From Phycisphaerae bacterium (GTDB lineage: Bacteria > Planctomycetota > Phycisphaerae > UBA1845 > Fen-1342): DNA of 64,000 bases. The position numbers were made by a program, and so were the translations under genes. The stretch lies in the NCBI GenBank assembly GCA_963666925.2, contig CAXXTC010000005.1:96001-160000 (forward strand), given 5' to 3'. The notes below the pieces were generated by a model. That model was not told where the DNA came from and searched no databases. It was given only the letters and a program-made list of their open reading frames with translations. Shown here in pieces: positions 9,237 through 22,440 of the stretch (its first letter is position 1; each line of letters begins with the position of its first letter).

Positions 9237-10916
9237 TCACGCAGATGGCGTCAGCGCCTGGCGGATCAGGTCAAACAACTGATCGACCTTGAATGGCTTG
9301 AAGAGCACGCCAGCCAGCCCCTCGCGACTGGCGCGTACGATGGAATGCTCCGGATCGTACCCGAACCCGGTAATGAGGATCACCCGGCAATCGAGGTTGG
9401 ATTCGCGGGCGGCGGCAAAAACCTCGTACCCGTTCTTGTAAGGCATCTTGATGTCTGACAGCACCAGGTCGAAATGCTGCGTGTGGATCATCGACACCGC
9501 TTCATCACCGTTGCGTGCCATGACCGTGATAGCGCCAGCCTTCGAAAGCACATCGGCAATTGTCTCGCGGATGATGTCTTCGTCGTCGGCAATCAGCACG
9601 CGGCGATTCTCGATAACCGGGTCGACGGCCGACTCAGCCGTCACCAGTCCCTGCACACCCGAGGCATCCGCCACGCCACGCAGAACGCTTTTGACCCGAT
9701 CAACCGAATCGATGACCTGGTGCAAGCGAGCGCTGGCCTCCTCGGGGACGGATGCGTCTTCGAGCAATTGGGCGGCGGCGAAGACGATATCGTTAAGCGG
9801 CTCGGCCAACTCGGTCTGCACATCGGAAGCTACTTGGCTGGTAGTCTCGTTGCGCTCCACCGCCAGCAGTTTCAACAGGTGCAGCGCCGTCGCGACATAG
9901 CGGCCGAAGATCTCCGCTACCTGCCGATCCTCTTCGCTGAAGGCGTTGATCTGGGCCGACTCGACGTTGAGCACACCGACCACACGCTCGTTGAGACGCA
10001 ACGGCACCGTCAGCGCCGACCAGGCCCCCTCCAGTCCGTGGAGGTAGCGCGGCTCCTGGCTGAGGTCGGGACAGACGAACGACTGGCCCGTGGCGGCAAC
10101 GTAGCCGCTAATGCCGTTGCCTTCGCGCTCGACGTGAATCTCAAGCTGCTTGACCGATTCGGGGAACCCTTCCGACAGCACAACCTCCAGCCGATTGGTA
10201 GCCGGATCAATCACCTGTACCGCGAAGTGATTAAAGTGAAGCAGGTCGCGACAGTGGTTAATGACTTTTTCTTCGAGCAGCCGGAGTCGCTCGGAGACGT
10301 CCAATCGCGCGGTGGCGTCGACGTCGAGCGCGACGAGTTGGCGTCCGGCGGCGTCGATCGCGTCAATCTTGCTGCGCAAGCGCAACATGGCGGTAGTGTC
10401 GCACACGTTGGCAACGCCGCGCTGCGTACCATCCGCGGTAGGCGGCAGCAGCGTCATGCTGGCGTCGAAATAGCGTTCCGGGCCGGCGCAAACGGAACGG
10501 CTCTGGCTGCGTTGCCCGGGTTTTGCATCGGGCACGGCCAGCAACTCGCGCAGCAGGTTGGTGCAGGCCTGGCGAATGGTCTCGGCGGCTGGCTCCTCGA
10601 AGCCGGCAAAGGAAGCGTTAGCCCAGTGGACCCGTCCGGTGTCATCAATGACGCAGACGCCTTGGGCCAGGTGTTCGAGCACGGTATTGCCACCGAGAAG
10701 TTTCGCGTCGCGCGACTCCGTGAGCATTTCCGCCGGGGCGCCGATGACCAAGTCGAAATCGCCCGGCGAGATGGCGGCAGGTGGGCTGCCCTGCTCGTCG
10801 GCAAATACCACCTGGGCAGTGTCGCGCAACTGGTCGAGCAATTGGGCGGCGGCCTCGCGGGCGGGGCCAAGAACGAGGATGCGCAAAGACTGTGCGGGGT
10901 TCACCGGTGTTGCCAT
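9237..10916 (-). CDS. Signal transduction protein: PAS-like + GAF + degenerate HisKA + receiver domain
   Basis: GAF (GISGYVAATG..SALTVPLR..VGVLNVES..AFSEED) and C-terminal REC (LIADDE, LSDIKMP, LITGF, FKPF). ATG at 10916 chosen as start. Confidence 0.85.
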   Translation of the reverse strand: MATPVNPAQSLRILVLGPAREAAAQLLDQLRDTAQVVFADEQGSPPAAISPGDFDLVIGAPAEMLTESRDAKLLGGNTVLEHLAQGVCVIDDTGRVHWANASFAGFEEPAAETIRQACTNLLRELLAVPDAKPGQRSQSRSVCAGPERYFDASMTLLPPTADGTQRGVANVCDTTAMLRLRSKIDAIDAAGRQLVALDVDATARLDVSERLRLLEEKVINHCRDLLHFNHFAVQVIDPATNRLEVVLSEGFPESVKQLEIHVEREGNGISGYVAATGQSFVCPDLSQEPRYLHGLEGAWSALTVPLRLNERVVGVLNVESAQINAFSEEDRQVAEIFGRYVATALHLLKLLAVERNETTSQVASDVQTELAEPLNDIVFAAAQLLEDASVPEEASARLHQVIDSVDRVKSVLRGVADASGVQGLVTAESAVDPVIENRRVLIADDEDIIRETIADVLSKAGAITVMARNGDEAVSMIHTQHFDLVLSDIKMPYKNGYEVFAAARESNLDCRVILITGFGYDPEHSIVRASREGLAGVLFKPFKVDQLFDLIRQALTPSA

Positions 10917-11279
10917 AGGACCCTTCGCCGTCAGCCCCCGGGACCGGGGGCGCGAAAAATGCTTATATAACCCAACCGGAGTCGAAATCCAAGAGCGAAC
11001 AGCCGGCAGCACGCGCGAACCGCCGACACCCCGAAACGGGGCATCGCGTTCCGATAAGGCATCATTCCCGCGGTTGTGCAGTGTGATTTCGCCGCACCAA
11101 GACCCTCGGTACGCCAACCGGTGAACAACCGGTCTTGACGCCCATCGACCCCGAGGTCAACATGCCGCCGTCGGCTGACCGATAATGTGGAAGTAGTGGT
11201 TGGCGCGGATATCGGCTGGTCGACGCTCTGGCCAGGCGGCGCAGAGCTTGCCGCGGGTCTCGCCCGATTGGACGTCGGC

Positions 11280-11579
11280 GTGACAGAGCACCGAAAGAAT
11301 GACAACGAATCACGCCAGGGTTGGTCTCCCGTATACCGCTATGCCGGCATGGGGCTCGAACTGGGCGCCGCGATTACCGGGTTCACGCTCGTGGGAGTGT
11401 GGGCCGACTATCATCTCGGCACCCGGCCGACCGGCGTGATTGTCGGCGTGATTCTCGGCACCGTCGGCGGATTGTACAACTTCATCCGCGAAGCGTTGGC
11501 GCTCAGCCGACAACAGAGCAAACCAACAACGAAACCCGGAGACGCGGACAGGCGTGACAATCATCGCCCCAAAAGCTGA
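11280..11579 (+). CDS. AtpZ/AtpI family ATP synthase accessory protein
   Basis: YAGMGLELGAAI.GF..VG.WAD..LGT.P pattern with two TMs. First gene of the atp operon; GTG start inferred. Confidence 0.75.
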   Translation: MTEHRKNDNESRQGWSPVYRYAGMGLELGAAITGFTLVGVWADYHLGTRPTGVIVGVILGTVGGLYNFIREALALSRQQSKPTTKPGDADRRDNHRPKS

Positions 11580-11985
11580 TCCTCAGCCGCGGCGTGAGTT
11601 CCTGCGATTGGAACTACTCTCACTCGGGAGCGCCGCCGGCATTTTACTAATCGGGTTCCTGCCCACTCGATCGCTCGGAGGCGGGCCGGCCGTGCTAGGC
11701 ATGCTGGTGGGCGTGGGCATCGCGCTGGTGGGCACCCTGGCTGGCCTGGTCCCCCCCCTCCTATCCCTGAACCAACCCGCCCAACAGCGCCAACAGGCCC
11801 TGCTACTGGGCATGGGTGCACGCTTCCTGATCACCCTGGTCATGCTGCTCGCGATCGTGCTCGGCACTCCCGTGGACCGCCTGTCCGTCGCGATCTGGAC
11901 CGCTCTGGCCTACCTGGTTCTGCTGGCCGTCGACGTAGCCGCCCTGGCTAACCTGCTCAACCGTGCCCCGAGGAGTGCATCGTGA
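11554..11985 (+). CDS. ATP synthase protein I-like membrane protein (4 TM)
   Basis: Four hydrophobic helices with a GM.ARF motif. Overlaps the atpB start. Confidence 0.65.
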   Translation: MTIIAPKADPQPRREFLRLELLSLGSAAGILLIGFLPTRSLGGGPAVLGMLVGVGIALVGTLAGLVPPLLSLNQPAQQRQQALLLGMGARFLITLVMLLAIVLGTPVDRLSVAIWTALAYLVLLAVDVAALANLLNRAPRSAS

Positions 11986-12881
11986 ACGACTTCCTGCTGG
12001 CGTCAGCAAACCCCATGACGCACGTGGTGCAACACCGGCTGTTCGCGCCGGAGACGGGCGGCCCCTGGCCCTTCGACCACTTCACGATCCTCTCCAACCA
12101 GATCATCATGCAGGTGATCGCCGCCCTGATCGTGCTGATCATCCTGCCCCGCGCGCTGGCTCGACGCTCCGGAACCGACCCGATCGGCCGACTAATCTAT
12201 CGCGGCTTCGGCCACGCCATCGAGGGGATGTGCGAGGGGCTGCGACAACACGTCGCCCAGCCCGCTCTGGGGCCCTACACCGACCGCTTCGTCCCCTACA
12301 TCTGGTCGGCCTTCTTCTTCGTGCTGACCTGCAACCTGCTCGGGCTCGTTCCCCTGGCAGACTGGTTCTCGTTCGTCCCCGGGCACGCCATCGGCGGCAC
12401 CTCGACCGGCAACGTCATGGTCACCGCCGCCCTGGCGATCTGCACGCTCGGTATGATCGTCGTCAACGGCCTGCGGATTCATGGCCTGGGCTACGTGAAA
12501 CACTTTTTCATGGGGCCCCCGGGCCTGAACGTGTTCATCGCCCTGCTCGAAGTGATCGGGCTTCTCGCCAAGACGTTCGCGCTGGCCATGCGTTTGTTCT
12601 CCAACATGGTGGCCGGCCACGTACTGCTGGCCGTCCTGCTGAGCTTCGTGGGAATGGCCTGGAGCGGGCTGGGAGCCGTGGGCGGCATCGCCATCGCCAT
12701 CCCGGTAATCCTCGGCAGCATCGCGATCAACTTCCTTGAGCTGTTCGTCGCGTTCCTGCAAGCGTTCATCTTCACGTTCCTGACCGCGATGTTCATCGGC
12801 CAGGCCGTCAATATTCACCACGAGGAACATGAACACGAACCTGGGGCCGAGGCGGCCCCGGCGGCCGAAGCCGCCCATTAA
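11982..12881 (+). CDS. atpB: ATP synthase F0 subunit a
   Basis: NLLGLVP, LAMRLFSNMVAGH (essential Arg) and LELFVAFLQAFIFTFLT. Confidence 0.96.
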   Translation: MNDFLLASANPMTHVVQHRLFAPETGGPWPFDHFTILSNQIIMQVIAALIVLIILPRALARRSGTDPIGRLIYRGFGHAIEGMCEGLRQHVAQPALGPYTDRFVPYIWSAFFFVLTCNLLGLVPLADWFSFVPGHAIGGTSTGNVMVTAALAICTLGMIVVNGLRIHGLGYVKHFFMGPPGLNVFIALLEVIGLLAKTFALAMRLFSNMVAGHVLLAVLLSFVGMAWSGLGAVGGIAIAIPVILGSIAINFLELFVAFLQAFIFTFLTAMFIGQAVNIHHEEHEHEPGAEAAPAAEAAH

Positions 12882-13072
12882 CTGACACCACGAGCTGCCA
12901 ACCGGCGCCGTCGGCATTTGTCCGGTGGGCCCGGCAGCGTTGAAAACCCGGAGATCATTGAGCGCCAGGCCCGGCAAGTGGGGTAAAGGGTCAAGAACAC
13001 GCGCTGGCGCTGATCGACAGAACCCGCAGGGCGTCCCCGCCGCCCAACCAACGGTACGAAAGGACTCGAACA

Positions 13073-13426
13073 ATGAAGCAGTTGCGCAACTGGCTGGCCA
13101 TCGGAATGATCGTTCTCGGCTTCGGATTGGTCGGCGCGGACGCTGCCTTCGCAGCGGACGGAGACGAGCACGGCACGGAAGTAACCAGCAGCAGCATGTT
13201 TGGTGACGCCGGCCTGAAGGGCCTCGGCGCCGCCATCGGCGCCGGTCTGGTCGTAATGGGTGGAGCGGCCGGCATCGGTCGCATCGGCGGCAGCGCCGTC
13301 GAGTCGATGGCCCGCCAGCCCGAGGCCAGCGGAACTATCAACACCGCCATGCTCATTACGGCGGCCATGGTCGAGGGTGCCACCCTCTTCGCCGTCGTGC
13401 TCTGTCTGCTGGTCATCATTCTCTAA
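13073..13426 (+). CDS. atpE: ATP synthase F0 subunit c with N-terminal signal-peptide-like extension
   Basis: GxGxxG helix, ARQPE loop and conserved Glu in MVEG. Confidence 0.95.
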   Translation: MKQLRNWLAIGMIVLGFGLVGADAAFAADGDEHGTEVTSSSMFGDAGLKGLGAAIGAGLVVMGGAAGIGRIGGSAVESMARQPEASGTINTAMLITAAMVEGATLFAVVLCLLVIIL

Positions 13427-13488
13427 CTCTGAGCCGAGCAAGTCGCGGGCGCCCCGGCTCGCGCTGCCCCGGCGGGAAGGAGAATCCC

Positions 13489-14072
13489 GTGCACAAGCGG
13501 CACTACGTGGTGCTGGCAGCCACACTCGGCCCGGCGCTTCCTGCGCTGGCCACCGATGCGGACGCCGTTCCCTTTAACGCCGACGTGGGCAACTTCATCA
13601 TCACGCTGCTGATTTTCGGCACCGTGGTGTACCTGTTGGGTAAGCTGGCGTGGAGGCCGCTGCTCAACGTGCTGCACGAGCGCGAAGACGCCATCCGCGG
13701 CCAGATCGAGTCGGCCCAAAAGGAACGCGCCGAGGCGGCCAAGCTGCTTGATGAATATAAACAGCAAGTCGCCAACGCCCGCGCGGAAGCCACCGCCCTC
13801 GTCGAGGAAGGTCGGCGCGACGCGGAACAGGTCGGCCGCAAAATCCAGGAGGAAGCGCGGGCTGAGTCGGATCGGCTGCTTGAACGAGCCCGGCGCGAGA
13901 TTCGCGTAGCAACCGAGTCGGCGGTGAAAGAGCTGTACGACCAGACCGCCGACTTGGCGGTGCGGGTAGCGGGCAACATCATCCGCAAGGAAGTCTCGCC
14001 GAGCAGCATCGCGAACTGATCGCGCGTTCGCTGGAAGAAATGCGGGCCCAGCGGCCAACCAGCATGAACTGA
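13489..14072 (+). CDS. atpF: ATP synthase F0 subunit b (apparent 1-nt frameshift near 13996-14001)
   Basis: TM segment, AWRPLL..L.ERE..I and coiled coil. The expected C-terminal helix (EQHRELIARSLEEM) lies in another frame ending at TGA 14072. As assembled, the ORF stops at 14019. Confidence 0.9.
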
Positions 14073-14100
14073 TCGCATCCGCGAAACGCGGGAGGCATAT

Positions 14101-14730
14101 ATGCCGCAGGAATTTGATCCGGCTCTGGCAATCGCCGACGTCTATGCCGCCGCCCTGCACAGCCTGGCGAGCCAGCAACAGCTCGTCGATGACCTGCAGG
14201 CCGAGTTGGACGAGTTGGCCGACCTACTGGAGCATGACGAACAGATAGCGCGTTTCTTCTCCGCGGAGTCGATCAAGGCGGACGAGCGTGCCAAGAGCCT
14301 CGAACAGATCTTCCGCGGGCGCATCGGCGACCTGGTTCTGAACACGCTGCTGGTGATGAACGAGAATGGGCGGGTCGGGCTGGTGCCGCAGTTACGCCGG
14401 GCGTTCGAACTCCGCGCCGAGGCGGCGCGCGGCCAGATCGAGGTCACCGCCACCAGTGCGGTCGAGTTGGACGCGCCGCAGCGGATGGCCGTGGCCGAGG
14501 TGGCCGCCCGGCTGGCCGGCAAACAGCCACTCGTACATTACGAGGTGGACGCGGAGATTGTTGGGGGACTGATTCTCGAGATCGGCGACCAGCGCTATGA
14601 CAATTCGCTGCGACGCCATTTGCAGTTGGCTCACGAGAAACTGACCGAGCGAAGCAATCGTGGCCTCAACATCGGCCTGGCGAACGTGGATACGCTCACC
14701 AGACCGGACGACAACGAGGCCCAGGGCTGA
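14101..14730 (+). CDS. atpH: ATP synthase F1 subunit delta
   Basis: YAAAL, V.ATSAVEL and VD.EIVGGLILEIGDQRYDNS motifs. Confidence 0.93.
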   Translation: MPQEFDPALAIADVYAAALHSLASQQQLVDDLQAELDELADLLEHDEQIARFFSAESIKADERAKSLEQIFRGRIGDLVLNTLLVMNENGRVGLVPQLRRAFELRAEAARGQIEVTATSAVELDAPQRMAVAEVAARLAGKQPLVHYEVDAEIVGGLILEIGDQRYDNSLRRHLQLAHEKLTERSNRGLNIGLANVDTLTRPDDNEAQG

Positions 14731-14766
14731 TAGCCGGCCGACCCAGCCGGCGCGGAGAACCGCAGC

Positions 14767-18783
<4,017 letters not shown>

Positions 18784-18800
18784 CCCCCGCGCGGGAAAGC

Positions 18801-18836
18801 CCCGAAAACCACTGCTCTTGAGCAGTGGTTTTCGGG
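18801..18836. terminator. Perfect 17-bp inverted repeat; bidirectional terminator after atpD
   Basis: CCCGAAAACCACTGCTC-TT-GAGCAGTGGTTTTCGGG between convergent atpD and an ABC permease. Confidence 0.75.
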
Positions 18837-18926
18837 ATCACAGCTCAGGCTGAATAGCGCACAGTACCGTCCGAAACGAACCCGCCCCGCGTCCGCTCAT
18901 GTTCGATCGACGCGAGGCGTTCTTTG

Positions 18927-19790
18927 TTATCCCTTCACCGCACCGAGCTGCAAACCGCCGACGAATTGTCGCTGGGCCGCGAAGAACAGCACGATGCACG
19001 GCAGCATCGTCACGATGCTGGCCGCCATCAGCCAGTGCGCATCGCGGAAGTCGCCGTACTGGTTCTTGAACGAGTTCAGCGCGACGGCCAGCGTCATCTG
19101 ATCCTCGCTGTGCAGGTAGATCAGCGGGGCCAGGAAATCGTTCCAGACGAAGATGAACACGAAGATGGCCGTGATCGCTATCACCGGCCGGCACATCGGC
19201 AGCATGATCCGCCACCAGATCCCGACGTGGCCGCAGCCGTCGATCCGCGCCGCCTCGACCAGCGCCTCGGGCACCTGGGCGAAGAACTGGCGGAACATGA
19301 AGATATAAAACGGCGTGCCGAAGAACAGCGGCACAACCAGCGGCAACAGCGTGTCGATCCAGCCGAACCAGCGAAACAGGATAAACATTGGGATCATCGT
19401 GACCTGCGGCGGCAGCATCATAGTGGAGATCATCAGCACGAACAGGCCGTTGCGTCCGCGGAACCGCAGCCGGGCAAACGCATAACCCACCAGGCTGCAC
19501 GACAACACTTGTCCGATAACGCACAGCACGGTAACGACCACGGTGTTGCTGAACGCGTCGATGAAGCCATACCAGGGCTCGCTGCCCATCGCCCGCAACG
19601 CATCGGGATAGTTGTGCCAATTGCCAGAATCGGGCCACCAGTTGAAATCCGCCGCACTGGTGGCGGCCGCACTGGCCTCGGCCGGCGTCGAGAAACTCAC
19701 GCACACCATCCACCACAACGGAAACAGCATAACGATGCTGCCGAGGATCAGGACGGCGTACAGCGCTGCGGTCTTGAGTTTCATACGCAT
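18927..19790 (-). CDS. Carbohydrate ABC transporter permease (MalG-like)
   Basis: EAARIDG EAA loop, WNDFLAPLIYL and six TMs. Confidence 0.93.
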   Translation of the reverse strand: MRMKLKTAALYAVLILGSIVMLFPLWWMVCVSFSTPAEASAAATSAADFNWWPDSGNWHNYPDALRAMGSEPWYGFIDAFSNTVVVTVLCVIGQVLSCSLVGYAFARLRFRGRNGLFVLMISTMMLPPQVTMIPMFILFRWFGWIDTLLPLVVPLFFGTPFYIFMFRQFFAQVPEALVEAARIDGCGHVGIWWRIMLPMCRPVIAITAIFVFIFVWNDFLAPLIYLHSEDQMTLAVALNSFKNQYGDFRDAHWLMAASIVTMLPCIVLFFAAQRQFVGGLQLGAVKG

Positions 19791-19810
19791 GTTCCTGCGC
19801 TGGCGCTTGA

Positions 19811-19836
19811 GAGGATCGAGGATCGAGGATCGAGGG
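19811..19836. repeat. Tandem heptamer (GAGGATC)x3 + GAGGG
   Basis: Read directly: gaggatcgaggatcgaggatcgaggg. An inverted copy CCCTCGATCCT lies at 19967-19977. Confidence 0.85.
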
Positions 19837-19857
19837 GCGCGGGTTGGGCGGCGGGCA

Positions 19858-19966
19858 AACTACAGCGTTCGTCGGCAGGAACTTCGCGCGTCAGGGCGTA
19901 GATGCGCTTACACATCGCAAATGCCCGCTGCCAAACTTCGAGGCTCTGATATCCGCGCAACGCCAT
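19858..19966 (-). pseudogene. Truncated four-helix-bundle protein (23S rRNA intervening-sequence protein family)
   Basis: MALRGYQSLEVWQRAFAMCKRIYALTREVPADERCSL matches the family N-terminus (Y..LEVWQ.A...IY.LT..FP.EE.YGL). Similarity stops after about 36 aa. Confidence 0.75.
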
Positions 19967-19975
19967 CCCTCGATC

Positions 19976-22351
19976 CTACTTAAGTGCCTCGTAGTACACG
20001 AATTTCCGCGTGCCGCGCATGATCAACAGTGTCAGGCCCAGGATGATCAACAGCAGCAGCCACGCCATTGCCGACGCGTAGCCCATTTCGTGCAGATCGA
20101 ACGCCTTGTTGTACAGGTATAGCACGTAGAACCGCGTCGCATCGCCCGGACCGCCGGCCGTCATCACGTACGCCTGCGTGAAGATCTGGAACGACGCGAT
20201 CACTGCCATGATCGTGTTGAAGAAGATTACCGGACTCAGCATCGGCAGCATCACGTGCCGAACGCGATGGCGCCAGGTGGCCCCGTCAATCTCGGCCGCC
20301 TCGTACAGCTCGCGCGAGATCCCCTTCAGACCCGCGAGGTAGATCATCATGCTGCCCCCGACCATCCAGAAGTTCAAAATAACGAACGCCGGCACGGCCC
20401 ACGTGTCCGCATCGCGCTCAAACCAGCGCGGCGGCGGCGCACCAAAGGGCTCCAGGAACGGCGCCAGCAGGCCGTTGAGCATCCCATCCTCATGATGAAA
20501 CACCCACTTCCACAGAATCGATATCGCCACGCCCGCCAGCACGCTCGGCAAATACCACGCAGCCCGGAAGAAGCGAATCCCCGGCACCTCCGCGTTCATC
20601 AGCATCGCCGCCAGAAGCGCCGCCAACTGCCCCAGCGGCACCGCCAGCGCCGCGTACCACACCGTCACCCACAGCGACTTGCGGAAGGTCGCGTCGAGGA
20701 AGAGCTGTTGGGCATTGCCCGCACCGACCCACTCGGCATGATCGAGCGTCGCCAGCCCGCTCCAGTTCGTAAACGCCAGCAACAGCGACAACACCACGGG
20801 AAAGGCCGTGAATGCCAGGAAGCCGACAACCCACGGGCTGACCATACCGAGCCCGGCCAGCTCCTCGCGAAAGGCAATCCGCGCGGGCCGATGGCGCCAC
20901 CAGAACAGCGCCCCCACCGCGATCAATAGCAGGATCGGCAACCCCAGAATCAGGCCTACGTTCAGCCACGGCATCTGCGGGTGTTCGCCCCTCAGCACGT
21001 CGTTCCTGCGATATTCGGTCCACTCTTCCTGCACGTCGGCCAGCACCGCCGCCGTCGGCCGCTCCCCGATCTTGAAAACCTCCTCCATCCGCTTGCGCAG
21101 CTTGTCGAGGTATTTCGGGTCGGCGGGCCAGTCGATCGGCCGCGCTACGGGCACCATGTTCAGGTAGACCTGGTCGTTGGTCGGCTTCTGGTCCGGGTCG
21201 GCGAATGACGGGCTCTCCGCGACACTGATCATCGACGGGATCGCGAGCCCCTGCTCGGCCACCAGCCGCTGACCCTCCGGGCCGCTCAGGAAACGCACCA
21301 GCAGCCAGGCTTCCTCGGGGTATTTCGTGTCGGCCGACATGGCCCAGGCCGACGTAAACGCCCCATTCACCGGCGGATGTCCCTCCGCCTGCGGGAAAGG
21401 TGCGAAATCCCAGTCGAAGTCCTCGATCAGACGGTATACGGGGACTTTCCAACGTCCGAACGGCCCCGCCAGCCCGATCCGTCCCGAGAGGAACGGATCT
21501 TCGCCGGTTTCAAGCTGCGTCTTGGCGCTGCGCAAGGCGCGCGTGTCCTCTTCGAACCAGCCGCGCAGTCGATTGAGCACCTCGACCAGCCGCGGCTGGG
21601 TGAAATCGAACGTCTCGAACCGGTCATACGTGAAGTCGACGCCGTGCGACCAGCAGAACAGCCGTAACATCGGCTCCCAGGTGACAAAATCCGCCCCGTA
21701 GCAGCCGTCGAGCTGCCCGACTTGGCGGGCCGCGTCGATGAACTGATCCCAGGTCCAGCCGGTGGCCGGCGGCAGCGGAACGCCCGCCCGCGCGAACAGG
21801 TCCTTGTTGTAATAGAACCCGACGGTCGTGAAATCCTTCGCGATCGCGTAGAGCGGGCCGGCGCCGATCGCCTGCCCATCGAACCGATACGTATCGATGA
21901 TGTTCGTGTAATAATCGTCGAGCCTGAACGCGTCCGGATCGCCGGCCTGCACATCCCGTTCGATGAGCGGATCCAGCGGGGCCAACAGGCCCTTGTCCGC
22001 CCAGCCGGCGACCTTCTCATAGCCGACCTGGAACACGTCCGGCGGCCCCCCCGCCGCAACCATGGTCTGGATCTTGGTCGTGACCGCGTCGGACCCGCCC
22101 GGGTGAATTCGCTCGACGCGGATATTGGGGTACTTTTTGTGGAACCCCTCAAGCACATGCACCACGATCGCCGCCTCGCGATCGTCCCCCCAGTGGACCA
22201 GTTGCAAACTTACCTGGCCCTCTTTCAGCCGCTCCTGCCGCAATGGCCGCGTCCCCACCCAGAAAAACGACGCCGCCACAATGACCACCGCCACCACGAT
22301 CGTGATCCAGCGCAGGGTCGTAGCGATATGTCGGTAGATCCGGGTTATCAA
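19976..22351 (-). CDS. Fused sugar-binding protein + ABC permease (MalE/MalF-like)
   Basis: N-terminal TM, then SBP_bac_1-like domain (YYNKDLF..AGV..P...WTWDQF), then a permease domain with the ELYEAAEIDGA EAA loop. Confidence 0.9.
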   Translation of the reverse strand: MITRIYRHIATTLRWITIVVAVVIVAASFFWVGTRPLRQERLKEGQVSLQLVHWGDDREAAIVVHVLEGFHKKYPNIRVERIHPGGSDAVTTKIQTMVAAGGPPDVFQVGYEKVAGWADKGLLAPLDPLIERDVQAGDPDAFRLDDYYTNIIDTYRFDGQAIGAGPLYAIAKDFTTVGFYYNKDLFARAGVPLPPATGWTWDQFIDAARQVGQLDGCYGADFVTWEPMLRLFCWSHGVDFTYDRFETFDFTQPRLVEVLNRLRGWFEEDTRALRSAKTQLETGEDPFLSGRIGLAGPFGRWKVPVYRLIEDFDWDFAPFPQAEGHPPVNGAFTSAWAMSADTKYPEEAWLLVRFLSGPEGQRLVAEQGLAIPSMISVAESPSFADPDQKPTNDQVYLNMVPVARPIDWPADPKYLDKLRKRMEEVFKIGERPTAAVLADVQEEWTEYRRNDVLRGEHPQMPWLNVGLILGLPILLLIAVGALFWWRHRPARIAFREELAGLGMVSPWVVGFLAFTAFPVVLSLLLAFTNWSGLATLDHAEWVGAGNAQQLFLDATFRKSLWVTVWYAALAVPLGQLAALLAAMLMNAEVPGIRFFRAAWYLPSVLAGVAISILWKWVFHHEDGMLNGLLAPFLEPFGAPPPRWFERDADTWAVPAFVILNFWMVGGSMMIYLAGLKGISRELYEAAEIDGATWRHRVRHVMLPMLSPVIFFNTIMAVIASFQIFTQAYVMTAGGPGDATRFYVLYLYNKAFDLHEMGYASAMAWLLLLIILGLTLLIMRGTRKFVYYEALK

Positions 22352-22440
22352 GCCACACCGTCTTGCCGCAGCGAGTTGCGACCGCCAGTTATGACAGCGA
22401 AGCGGGTGTACGGCCGCAAAACTTCAGTATAATCCGCGTC

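Noticed and set aside
19811..19836. CRISPR-like repeat
   Set aside because: 7-nt tandem units without spacers and no cas genes.
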